NCBI GenBank assembly: GCA_963662585.1
Contig: OY759729.1
Location: 1,859,866-1,923,865 of the forward strand
Direction: 5' to 3'
Origin: Candidatus Cloacimonadales bacterium
GTDB taxonomy: Bacteria; Cloacimonadota; Cloacimonadia; Cloacimonadales; JAFGVF01
DNA: 64,000 nucleotides
Shown piece by piece: positions 17,110 to 25,889 of this stretch (the stretch's first letter is position 1; every line of letters begins with the position of its first letter). The notes under the pieces are model-generated. The model saw only the letters and a program-made list of their open reading frames with translations, had not been told where the DNA came from and did not search any database. The translations under genes and the position numbers were made by a program.

Positions 17110-18120
17110 ATGAATATTGCAATAATTGGTGGTGGAAGCTGGGGATTAGCCCTCTCTAACCTACTTTTCGATAACGGACATCAAGTTAAGGTGTGGGAAT
17201 ATAATTCTGAATTCGTTAATTTAATCAAGAATACTGGAAAAAATGAGATTTTCTTACCAAACATTCTCATTGAAGCAGAAGTTAGCGACTCCTTAACAGA
17301 GGTAATTACTCCAGCATGTGAAATGGTAATTCTTGCAACTCCATCTTCTTTTCTCAAGCAAATTCTAAAAGAAATTTCCCCTATTTTAGATAAATTAAAC
17401 AATTTGAAATATATTATTAATGTTGCTAAAGGATTTGACCACTCTAATGGTGATATTCTCTCTGAAATGATAAGGAAAGAATTACCCCAAAAATATAGCA
17501 AACTAATCTGTGTACTCTCAGGCCCTAGTCATGCTGAAGAAGTTGCTACTAAAAAGCCAACCACTGTAACGATTGCAGGCGAAGATCTCTTATATCTCAA
17601 AGAGGCTCAAGAAGCTTTCAGTAATGACTATTTTCGCGTTTATAGCACAACAGACATCATAGGTGTAGAACTGGGGGGTGCTCTAAAAAATGTGATAGCC
17701 ATGGCTGCAGGAATTGTTGTAGGCTTAGGTTTTGGAGATAATACTCTAGGTGCTCTCCTTACCAGAGGTAATGTAGAAATTAAGAGACTCTCTGTAGCAT
17801 TAGGTGCTAAACCTGAAACACTAGACGGCTTAGCTGGTATCGGTGATTTAATAACCACAGCTATCTCTCCCCATAGTAGAAACAGATTCGTAGGAGTTGA
17901 ACTGGGTAAAGGCAGAGATTTACAGGATATTTTAGCCGGAATGAAGATGGTGGCTGAAGGTGTCTTAGCAACTAATACTGCTTATATGCTAGCTGAGAAA
18001 CTCAATATCGAAATGCCTATTGTGGAAGCTACTTACAAAATTCTACAAAGTGAAATATCTGCTCGAGATGCAATAAGACAATTGATGCTCAGAGACTTAA
18101 AAAGCGAAAGGTGGATGTAA
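17110..18120 (+). CDS. gpsA: NAD(P)H-dependent glycerol-3-phosphate dehydrogenase
   Basis: NIAIIGGGSWG dinucleotide fold, GALKNVIAMAAG, and a 336-aa length typical of GpsA. Confidence 0.92.
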   Translation: MNIAIIGGGSWGLALSNLLFDNGHQVKVWEYNSEFVNLIKNTGKNEIFLPNILIEAEVSDSLTEVITPACEMVILATPSSFLKQILKEISPILDKLNNLKYIINVAKGFDHSNGDILSEMIRKELPQKYSKLICVLSGPSHAEEVATKKPTTVTIAGEDLLYLKEAQEAFSNDYFRVYSTTDIIGVELGGALKNVIAMAAGIVVGLGFGDNTLGALLTRGNVEIKRLSVALGAKPETLDGLAGIGDLITTAISPHSRNRFVGVELGKGRDLQDILAGMKMVAEGVLATNTAYMLAEKLNIEMPIVEATYKILQSEISARDAIRQLMLRDLKSERWM

Positions 18121-18183
18121 GAGAATTGAGAATTGAGAATTGAGAATTCAGAATTGAGAATTGAGAATGGAGAATTTAGAATT
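18121..18183. repeat. Heptanucleotide tandem array, (GAGAATT)x9 with 3 variant units
   Basis: Read directly: gagaatt x4, cagaatt, gagaatt, gagaatg, gagaatt, tagaatt. It starts on the base after the gpsA TAA stop. Confidence 0.95.
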
Positions 18184-18187
18184 AAAA

Positions 18188-18278
18188 GATGAGGGGCTTC
18201 TTAACTGGGAATGTGGGCTTCCAGCCCGCATCATTGCGAGGCAATGATATATCTTCAAACCCCAAGGGATTAAATAAA
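18188..18278. repeat. ~90-bp three-hairpin module, copy 1 (second copy at 50808-50898)
   Basis: GATGAGGGGCTTCTTAACTGGGAATGTGGGCTTCCAGCCCGCATCATTGCGAGGCAATGATATATCTTCAAACCCCAAGGGATTAAATAAA. Contains GGGCT-tcc-AGCCC, CATTGC-gag-GCAATG and CCC-caa-GGG hairpins. About 94 percent identical to the second copy by eye. Confidence 0.9.
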
Positions 18279-18306
18279 AAAGCAGGTTGAAATACAGCCT
18301 GATGGC

Positions 18307-18860
18307 TTCACGGACTAAAGGTCCGTAACCCCAGTTAATCACTAAAGATGATAGCTTACAGCATGATAATCCCTCTTCTGCCGGATTGTGGACAACCTGA
18401 AGACCGGAGTTCCTCAGCCGTAGGCAAGGGACTTCGGACGAAGAAATTTGTCTGTCGGAAGTAGCTATTCCGTAAAATTGCTTAAAAATCTAGAAATCCC
18501 TGTATCTAATGTAGAAGCAGAAACGCTTCCACTTTATAGAAGAAAACACCCCCTGTATCCCCCTCGCGGAGGGGGATTTAAGATTCACGGACTAAAGGTC
18601 CGTAACCCCAGTTAATCACTAAAGATGATAGCTTACAGCATGATAATCCCTCTTCTGCCGGATTGTGGACAACCTGAAGACCGGAGTTCCTCAGCCGTAG
18701 GCAAGGGACTTCGGACGAAGAAATTTGTCTGTCGGAAGTAGCTATTCCGTAAAATTGCTTAAAAATCTAGAAATCCCTGTATCTAATGTAGAAGCAGAAA
18801 CGCTTCCACTTTATAGAAGAAAACACCCCCTGTATCCCCCTCACAGAGGGGGATTTAAAA
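18307..18860. repeat. 277-bp direct repeat x2
   Basis: TTCACGGACTAAAGGTCCGTAACCCCAGTTAATCACTAAAGATGATAGC... begins at 18307 and again at 18584. The two copies are near-identical until about 18845. Confidence 0.9.
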
Positions 18861-18928
18861 ACACCCCGTCTGCTTCGCAGCCACCCCTCTTTTATCGTGC
18901 CTTCAGCACTAAAGAGGGGAGTTTAAGA

Positions 18929-19075
18929 TTCACGGACTAAAGATCCGTAACCCCAGTTAATCACTAAAGAGGGGGATTTAAGATTCACGGACTAAAGATC
19001 AGTAACCCCAGTTAATCACTAAAGAGGGGGATTTAAGATTCACGGACTAAAGGTCCGTAACCCCAGTTATTAAAT
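18929..19075. repeat. 55-bp tandem repeat, 2.7 copies
   Basis: TTCACGGACTAAAGATCCGTAACCCCAGTTAATCACTAAAGAGGGGGATTTAAGA starts at 18929, 18984 and 19039. Contains the ACGGAC-taaag-GTCCGT hairpin. Confidence 0.9.
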
Positions 19076-19296
19076 TATTTAGGATGGACAATTAGCTTGC
19101 CCTTTTGATTTATTATGGAATGGGGGCTATTCAGTGTATTATCTTCTTCGTGAAATTCATGAAAATGTAAGCAAGGGGCTTATTTTCGTAGAGATAAATA
19201 ATAATACAAATATGTCTGTTAGCATTTTTTAGATTTATTCTTTGACAAAATATAGTCCTATAATAAACTTTTCCCAAAAGTACCAAAAGGATAATC

Positions 19297-20454
19297 ATGA
19301 TAAGTCATAATGTAGTTACAGAATATATATCAGTCTTTATTTTAGCCTTTGTTTTAGTGTATAGTATTACACCATGGATAATCAAATTAGCGCACAAAAT
19401 TAACTTTGTGGATAACCCTAATGCTAGGAAAATTCATAAAACAGCAATACCCTTGATGGGGGGATTAAGTGTTTTTATTGGATTTATTGCCTTAGTGGTC
19501 TATGATGTTGTTATTGTATCTGATAGAGTGTTTAATATGAGGTTGATAGGCTATTTATTAGGGGCTTTGGTCATAGTGATTGTTGGGGTAATTGATGATA
19601 AGCGTGGAATGAACCCAGTTGTTAAGCTAGGTGGTCAATTCTTAGCTTGTTCCTTATTCATCTTTACTAATTTCGGAACAGTTACTTACTTTAATTTACC
19701 GCTATTCAATGATGTTTCATTTCCTATGATATTATTGAGTAACGATATTATGTTCAACAATTATTTTTCAATACCTATATTGTATATTTGGATGATAGGT
19801 CTGATGAATGCTACCAACTTTTTGGATAATATGGATGGGATGATTACAGGTATTTCATCAATCATTGCCTTAGGTTTTTTTGCATTCAGTATGATCATTA
19901 ATCCTGATAATAGTAGTTCAGCTTTGTGGCTCAGTTTGATGGGATTACTTTCACTATCTTATGCTGGAGCTGTTCTAGGCTTCTTGCCTTATAATTTTAA
20001 TCCTGCCAAAATTTTCTTAGGAGATGCTGGTTCCATGTTTATAGGTTACTTTATCTCTTCTATGGGGATATTGATGGCCAACTTTGCTTCTTTGCAATTC
20101 CAGAGTAAATGGTTCTATCTTTTACCGGTTATTTTAATAAGTTACGCAATATTTGATATTTGCTTTGTTAGTATAACAAGGAAAAGGGATGGAAGGTTAG
20201 TTTGGCAAGGAGGAAAAGATCATACTACACATAGAATAAAGAACTTATTAGATTCTGTAAAAGTAACAGCTTTATTGATTTATGCAATTAATATTATTGT
20301 AGTTATTTTAACTATAATGGTTACTTTAATTGGAAGTTATGAGCTGTTATTAGCGATATTGGTTATCTGCTCAATATGCTATGTATTGCTAGGAAGAAGG
20401 CTGTATGCAGTAGAAGTAGAGATACCGGCTAATCAATTAAAGAAAAGAGTTTAA
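19297..20454 (+). CDS. Polyprenyl-phosphate sugar-1-phosphate transferase, MraY/WecA family (glycosyltransferase family 4)
   Basis: 385-aa polytopic membrane protein with family-like motifs DDKRGMNP, NATNFLDNMDG and FLGDAGSMFIGY. Confidence 0.8.
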   Translation: MISHNVVTEYISVFILAFVLVYSITPWIIKLAHKINFVDNPNARKIHKTAIPLMGGLSVFIGFIALVVYDVVIVSDRVFNMRLIGYLLGALVIVIVGVIDDKRGMNPVVKLGGQFLACSLFIFTNFGTVTYFNLPLFNDVSFPMILLSNDIMFNNYFSIPILYIWMIGLMNATNFLDNMDGMITGISSIIALGFFAFSMIINPDNSSSALWLSLMGLLSLSYAGAVLGFLPYNFNPAKIFLGDAGSMFIGYFISSMGILMANFASLQFQSKWFYLLPVILISYAIFDICFVSITRKRDGRLVWQGGKDHTTHRIKNLLDSVKVTALLIYAINIIVVILTIMVTLIGSYELLLAILVICSICYVLLGRRLYAVEVEIPANQLKKRV

Positions 20455-20455
20455 G

Positions 20456-21193
20456 ATGAAATTAACAATTCTTGGGACAGCCCCCGGAAAATCAATATTA
20501 GGTAAAAGTCATACTTCATATTTATTGGAAGATGATGAAAAGAAATTCCTAATTGATTGCGGAGAGGGAACAACTCAGAAATTGTTAGAAAAGAATCTTG
20601 CTGGGGATGAATTAGATTTGATAATAATATCTCATTTCCATCCAGATCATATTACAGGCTTATTTATTCTTTTACAAACTCTCTATTTAAATAAGAGAAG
20701 AAAAGATCTTTTCCTATTTTTACCTGAAAGTGTAGGGGAATTTGAAGCATTTTTAAAAACAGTATATATATTTAATGATAGATTTAGTTATAATATTAAT
20801 ATTCAGTTGTATGATGAGAATAGTTTTACTGATATTGGCATTTATCCTTTTAAGAATACACACTTAATTGGTTATAAGAGTATTGTAGATAAGTATAATT
20901 TGCCCAATAGGTTATTATCATACTCATTTATTATTGAAGGAGAGAGAAGAAGTTTATTATTATCTTCAGATATAAGATCCTTAGAAGATATTAATGAGCA
21001 AGTGCAGAGATGTGAGGTTTTGGTTTTAGATGGAATTCATCCTTCATCTCAATCAATAGAAGAGTTATTAAAAGAGAGCAACACAGAGGTTTATATTACA
21101 CATGGAGATTATTCAAATTTACAAGAAAAGTTTGCTGAACTACTCAGCGACCAAATTAAATTGGCAGAAGAAAATGATGAAATATTTCTATAA
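20456..21193 (+). CDS. MBL-fold metallo-hydrolase
   Basis: HxHxDH motif (ISHFHPDHITG) and a later HGD. 245 aa. Confidence 0.75.
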   Translation: MKLTILGTAPGKSILGKSHTSYLLEDDEKKFLIDCGEGTTQKLLEKNLAGDELDLIIISHFHPDHITGLFILLQTLYLNKRRKDLFLFLPESVGEFEAFLKTVYIFNDRFSYNINIQLYDENSFTDIGIYPFKNTHLIGYKSIVDKYNLPNRLLSYSFIIEGERRSLLLSSDIRSLEDINEQVQRCEVLVLDGIHPSSQSIEELLKESNTEVYITHGDYSNLQEKFAELLSDQIKLAEENDEIFL

Positions 21194-22691
21194 ATCATTG
21201 CTAATTTCAATTCTGTTAATTATTTTTAGTGGATGCGAATCTAATAGATATCGCAACGCTACTTCTTCCTATTATCAAGGTAGATACACAGTTTCTATAG
21301 AAGAGATTGATACTTATCTTAAAGAGGCAAGTAATGGAGCATATAAAACAAATGCTGAATTAATAAGAAGCAAGTCTTATTATAAGCTAGCCTTAAGAGC
21401 CTATGAATCAGATAATCTAGCTCTTGCTACTAGATTCGCTATTTTAGCAAACTCAGCAACTACTGATTCACTATTAGCCAGATGCTATTATGATTTTGCC
21501 AAAGTCTCTTTTTCTAAAAATGATAAGGAAAAAGGATTTGAGTTTTATAATCAGATTCTTTTAGAAATTCCTGAATCCCGTTTCACACCTGAAATTATTT
21601 ACACAAAAATGAAAGATAGCTATACTACTAATCCTAATAATTACTTAGAAGCATGGGAATATTATAAACAATTCTGCCCTAAGTACAGGGATAACAATTA
21701 TGAAAAAGAGGCTCGTAAAATAGTCCTCGAATTTTCACCTCAATATATTTCTGATGCTCTAAGTGCTGATTCTCAGGTTGGTTTAGAGAAGTTATTAGAG
21801 CTAGTTAAATATCCTGTTGGAAATACAAGAGAAACTAATGGTGCAATATCCCAGATATATATAAGAATGGCAGAAGAAAATATTACAGAGAATAACTTTA
21901 TTGAAGCAGATAATAACTTCAAGGCTGCTGTTTATTACGACTCTTCTGTAAAAGATTTTGTTAAAAAAAGATTATTAGATACGGCTGAACAATATATTAT
22001 TAGTGGTCAAGAGTATGTTCGACAAAGGGATTTTGAAAATGCCTTTCTTCTTTTCAATCGGACATTTGATGTTATTCCTGGTTATAAAAAAGCTCTTAAC
22101 GCTATTCAAGAAACCACAGAACTTCTCAGTAGAATTGAACAAGCTAAAGAATTATACGATGAAGGTCAAAAATTGGAAAAAGCTAATTTGAGAAATATCT
22201 TCCCTGGAGTGAAAGTGAAACTTTCAGTTACTGAAAGAAATAATTTCGAGATTAAAAGGTTCGAAAAAATACTAGCTATTTATCAAAAAGCCTATAATTT
22301 AGATCCACTACCACAATATAAACAACAAATTTCCTATACTACTAACATTATTAAATACTTTAAAAACCCTGATGAATTCGCTGTAGAAATATTAAAAGAG
22401 TATAAATCTTTTATAGTTGAAAAAGCCATTAATGAAGCGAGAGAATATCTGTTAACAAATATTACCTCTTCTGCATTGACAGATACAGGTTGGGAGGTTT
22501 TAGTCGCTTCAGGAAGTTACCAATATGAAGTTAGATATACATTGATAAGTTTATCTAAGAAATTCTATTTTAGATGGTTAGTTAACTTAAAGAACAAAGA
22601 GATTACTGCTCTTAACAGTCTGTCAGAAGAGGCACTGAAAGGTAAATTCGTAATAAATGAAGAGGAAAAAGAGAATGAAAATATCGACTAA
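21174..22691 (+). CDS. Lipoprotein with helical-repeat (TPR-like) character, function unknown
   Basis: I start it at ATG 21174 (MMKYFYKSLLISILLIIFSGCESN, lipobox FSGC), overlapping the previous gene end. The track start at 21102 lies inside the upstream gene. Confidence 0.6.
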   Translation: MMKYFYKSLLISILLIIFSGCESNRYRNATSSYYQGRYTVSIEEIDTYLKEASNGAYKTNAELIRSKSYYKLALRAYESDNLALATRFAILANSATTDSLLARCYYDFAKVSFSKNDKEKGFEFYNQILLEIPESRFTPEIIYTKMKDSYTTNPNNYLEAWEYYKQFCPKYRDNNYEKEARKIVLEFSPQYISDALSADSQVGLEKLLELVKYPVGNTRETNGAISQIYIRMAEENITENNFIEADNNFKAAVYYDSSVKDFVKKRLLDTAEQYIISGQEYVRQRDFENAFLLFNRTFDVIPGYKKALNAIQETTELLSRIEQAKELYDEGQKLEKANLRNIFPGVKVKLSVTERNNFEIKRFEKILAIYQKAYNLDPLPQYKQQISYTTNIIKYFKNPDEFAVEILKEYKSFIVEKAINEAREYLLTNITSSALTDTGWEVLVASGSYQYEVRYTLISLSKKFYFRWLVNLKNKEITALNSLSEEALKGKFVINEEEKENENID

Positions 22692-23265
22692 ATATTTTGC
22701 CCTAATTATCTGTTTAATGATAACTTTTCTTCAACTTCCTGCTCAAGGTTTTGATTTAAATAAATTTTCTAACCCTAAGAAATACGGTTGGGAAGATTAT
22801 AGTGATAGAAATGAATATCGACAAGATTTAATAGAGAGACAAGAGTTACTTCAGCTTTATGAAATTAAGGCAAAATCTATTTCATATACTATGGCTAAAT
22901 CTGCGATATTCCCTGGATGGGGACATTATAGTATTGAATCCTACTCTAAAGGTCATACCTTCTTAACAGGTGGAGTAATCCTTGCTGGAGCTGGATTATA
23001 CTTCTACTCTCGTTCCCAAGATTACTATAAGAATTACAAAAATGCTAGTCAAATTGATGTGATTAATAGTAATTATGATAAAGCTGAACAGAACTATAAT
23101 ACTTCAATGATTTTCTTAGCAGCTTATGCTATTTTATGGAGTTATAATCTTTACGATAGTTCCGAAAGTACCGAAAAATATAATGCCAACCTCTGGGAAG
23201 ATTTAATGAATAATAGATTTGATAATATTTCTTTAACTCCAGGTGGTTTAGAGGTGAGATTCTAA
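22657..23265 (+). CDS. Hypothetical membrane protein
   Basis: Signal/TM YFALIICLMITFLQLPAQG, then a FPGWGHY motif followed by TM helices. The start is ambiguous (ATG 22657 or 22675). Confidence 0.55.
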   Translation: MKRKKRMKISTKYFALIICLMITFLQLPAQGFDLNKFSNPKKYGWEDYSDRNEYRQDLIERQELLQLYEIKAKSISYTMAKSAIFPGWGHYSIESYSKGHTFLTGGVILAGAGLYFYSRSQDYYKNYKNASQIDVINSNYDKAEQNYNTSMIFLAAYAILWSYNLYDSSESTEKYNANLWEDLMNNRFDNISLTPGGLEVRF

Positions 23266-23705
23266 TGAAAAATATTCTAAAACTAATAGTAATTGTCTTC
23301 GTGATATCAATGATAGCTTGTGGACTTGATAGATCTAATCCTTTAGATCCTGAGAATGGAAATATAGATACGCCTAAGTTAGTTACTGGAATAGAGCTTA
23401 GCTGTAGTGGGCAAGGGGCAATTAATAAATTTGTGACTATCAATTGGGAACCACTCCAGTTTAATGAATCTAACGGATACTTTATTTACCGTTCTCAATC
23501 TTATGATGGTACCTATGATAGAATAACTGTTGTGAGAGATAATCAACAGTCTTCTTACACTGATAGTGATAAAATAATTCCTGGAGCATATTTTTACAAG
23601 ATGTCTTCCTTCGTTTATCTAAATCCAGCGAACCCTAATGATAATGAAAGACTTGAAGGACCTCTTAATAGACCAGGTGAGCCTGGTATTATGGTTCCCC
23701 AATAG
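23265..23705 (+). CDS. Small lipoprotein, probably with an Ig/FN3-like fold
   Basis: Lipobox ISMIACG and TAATG coupling to the previous gene. The string NWEPLQ...GYFIYRS...SYTD resembles FN3-type strands. Confidence 0.5.
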   Translation: MKNILKLIVIVFVISMIACGLDRSNPLDPENGNIDTPKLVTGIELSCSGQGAINKFVTINWEPLQFNESNGYFIYRSQSYDGTYDRITVVRDNQQSSYTDSDKIIPGAYFYKMSSFVYLNPANPNDNERLEGPLNRPGEPGIMVPQ

Positions 23706-23714
23706 GATATTAAT

Positions 23715-25880
23715 TTGTTAAATGAACTAAATAAAGAGCAACAGGAAGTAGTTGCAACAACAGAAGGGGCGGTATTAGTATTAGCTGGGGCTGGTAGTGG
23801 AAAGACTAGAACTATCATTTATCGGACAGCTTACTTAATCAACCAGAAAGGTGTGGATCCTTTCAATATCCTTATCGTCACTTTTACTAATAAAGCTTCT
23901 AGTGAGCTTAGGGAAAGGCTTCTTACTTATTTTGGAATAAATCCTTCTCGCTTATGGGTTGGGACTTTTCATTCTATTTGTTTGAGGATTCTAAGAAGTG
24001 AATACAAATTTACTAAGTTTAATTCTAATTTTACTATCTATGATAGTGATGACCAGAAGGCACTTCTCAAGAAGGTTTATAAACGATTGGGGATAGCTAA
24101 AGAGAACTTTCCACTTCCTCAAATGAAGGCTTCTATTAGCAAGCGAAAGAATGAGTTTTTGCTACCTGAAGATTTACAGTTTTTAAAAGATGAAGGTTTT
24201 TCTAATAGGATATATTTACAAGTTTACACTGAATATCAGAAAGAGTTAGTTAATAACAATTGCATGGATTTTGATGATATAATGGTTTATACCTTGAAGC
24301 TTTTTCATGAACATAAAGAGGTCTTACAAAGGTATCAAGAGATTTTCAAGTTCGTTATGATTGATGAATACCAAGATACAAATGTGATTCAGTATAAATT
24401 AACTTCGCTTTTAGCAGAACCAGATAATAATATTTGTGTGGTGGGTGATGATGATCAAGCTATATATTCTTGGCGTGGTGCAGATATTACTAATATCCTT
24501 AAATTTGATAAAATACACAAAGAAACTGCTGTTATTAGATTAGAACAAAATTATAGGTCTAGTCGACAAATCTTAGAGATTGCTAATCAGTTAATCAGTA
24601 ACAATGAAGAGAGACATCCTAAGAAGCTAAGAACAGAGATAGAATCTGTTCAACAGCCAGTTATGAAGAGATTAGAGACTGATGTTGATGAAGCAAGATA
24701 CATTGTAGAAGAAATTCAGAATATTCAGCAGGAATATGGATTAAGATTAAATGATATTGCTGTACTCTATCGAACTAATTCGCAATCTAGACTCTTAGAA
24801 ACAGAACTGATCAAGCAAAATCTTCCCTATAAAATCGTCGGGGGTATAAATTTCTACCAACGCAAAGAAATTAAGGATATTCTTTCTTATTTAAAATGTA
24901 TTATTAATCCTGCTGATAACGAGAGTTTTCAACGCATAATTAATAGTCCAACAAGGGGAATAGGCAAGACTACGATAAATGTTATTAGTAACTATGCTAT
25001 TGATCATAGTTTATCTTTAAGTGATGCGATAATGCATGTAGATAAGATAGATTCTTTATCTGCTAGAGCTAAAACTGCTGTTGGTAAGTTTGCTAAACTT
25101 CTGAAGAAATGGCGAGATAAAGCTAATTATATTAACTGTTTTGAAATAACTAATTTAGTGATTTCGGATATAGATATTGTTGCACTTCTCTCAAAATCAG
25201 ATGACCCTAAGCTCAATTCTCAAGCAGAGAATATTAAAGAGTTTATTAGCTCTACTTCACAATTTAGAGAAGAGTTTCTGCAGAATAATGATGTAGAACC
25301 TTATTTAGAAGATTTCCTTAATTCTGTTCAGTTACTAACCGATTTAGATAGATTTGATCGTGATTCAGATTCTGTAAATCTATTAACTATTCATAATGCT
25401 AAAGGTTTAGAATTTCAAGCAGTCTTTGTTGCAGGGATTGAAGAGGGGTTATTACCTCACAATCGTTCAATTTTTGAAGACAAGGGTATTGAAGAGGAGA
25501 GAAGATTATTATATGTTGCTATTACTCGAGCCAAAGAGTATCTTTATTTAACTTATGCTAATTATAGAAGAATTAATGGTTTAAATGATGCATCTGCACC
25601 AAGTAGGTTCTTATCAGAGATTGGAACAAAGACTACTAATAAGAGTAGTTTTGTTACTTATCCTCAAGCACCTAAAAGAAAAAGTTTGGCAGCAGTAAAG
25701 AAACCGAATAAAATATTGAATGACAGTAAGTTTAGGCCTGGTGATAAAGTGCACCATGAAATCTTTGGGAAGGGCATGGTCATTTCTTCTAATGGAGAGG
25801 GTGATAGTATGATTTTAACCATATCCTTCACAACAGGTCTGCTAAAAAAGATAAATGTTAAATATATTGAACTCGTTTAA
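23715..25880 (+). CDS. pcrA: ATP-dependent DNA helicase, UvrD/PcrA family
   Basis: Walker A AGAGSGKT plus DEYQDTN, QNYRSS, TIHNAKGLEF and VAITRAK motifs. TTG start. Confidence 0.92.
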   Translation: MLNELNKEQQEVVATTEGAVLVLAGAGSGKTRTIIYRTAYLINQKGVDPFNILIVTFTNKASSELRERLLTYFGINPSRLWVGTFHSICLRILRSEYKFTKFNSNFTIYDSDDQKALLKKVYKRLGIAKENFPLPQMKASISKRKNEFLLPEDLQFLKDEGFSNRIYLQVYTEYQKELVNNNCMDFDDIMVYTLKLFHEHKEVLQRYQEIFKFVMIDEYQDTNVIQYKLTSLLAEPDNNICVVGDDDQAIYSWRGADITNILKFDKIHKETAVIRLEQNYRSSRQILEIANQLISNNEERHPKKLRTEIESVQQPVMKRLETDVDEARYIVEEIQNIQQEYGLRLNDIAVLYRTNSQSRLLETELIKQNLPYKIVGGINFYQRKEIKDILSYLKCIINPADNESFQRIINSPTRGIGKTTINVISNYAIDHSLSLSDAIMHVDKIDSLSARAKTAVGKFAKLLKKWRDKANYINCFEITNLVISDIDIVALLSKSDDPKLNSQAENIKEFISSTSQFREEFLQNNDVEPYLEDFLNSVQLLTDLDRFDRDSDSVNLLTIHNAKGLEFQAVFVAGIEEGLLPHNRSIFEDKGIEEERRLLYVAITRAKEYLYLTYANYRRINGLNDASAPSRFLSEIGTKTTNKSSFVTYPQAPKRKSLAAVKKPNKILNDSKFRPGDKVHHEIFGKGMVISSNGEGDSMILTISFTTGLLKKINVKYIELV

Positions 25881-25889
25881 GGAGTTATA

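Noticed and set aside
18148-18940. Track ORFs 18148-18342 (-) and 18725-18940 (+) inside the repeat field.
   Set aside because: They are composed entirely of repeat modules and hairpins, have no RBS, and are low-complexity. The equivalent sequence in the other repeat copy is not kept in frame.
19242-19264. TTGACA (19242-19247) and TATAAT (19259-19264) as a sigma-70 promoter for the WecA-family gene.
   Set aside because: The spacer is only 11 nt, far from the 17 +/- 1 nt optimum. I could not find a better-spaced pair, so I call no promoter.
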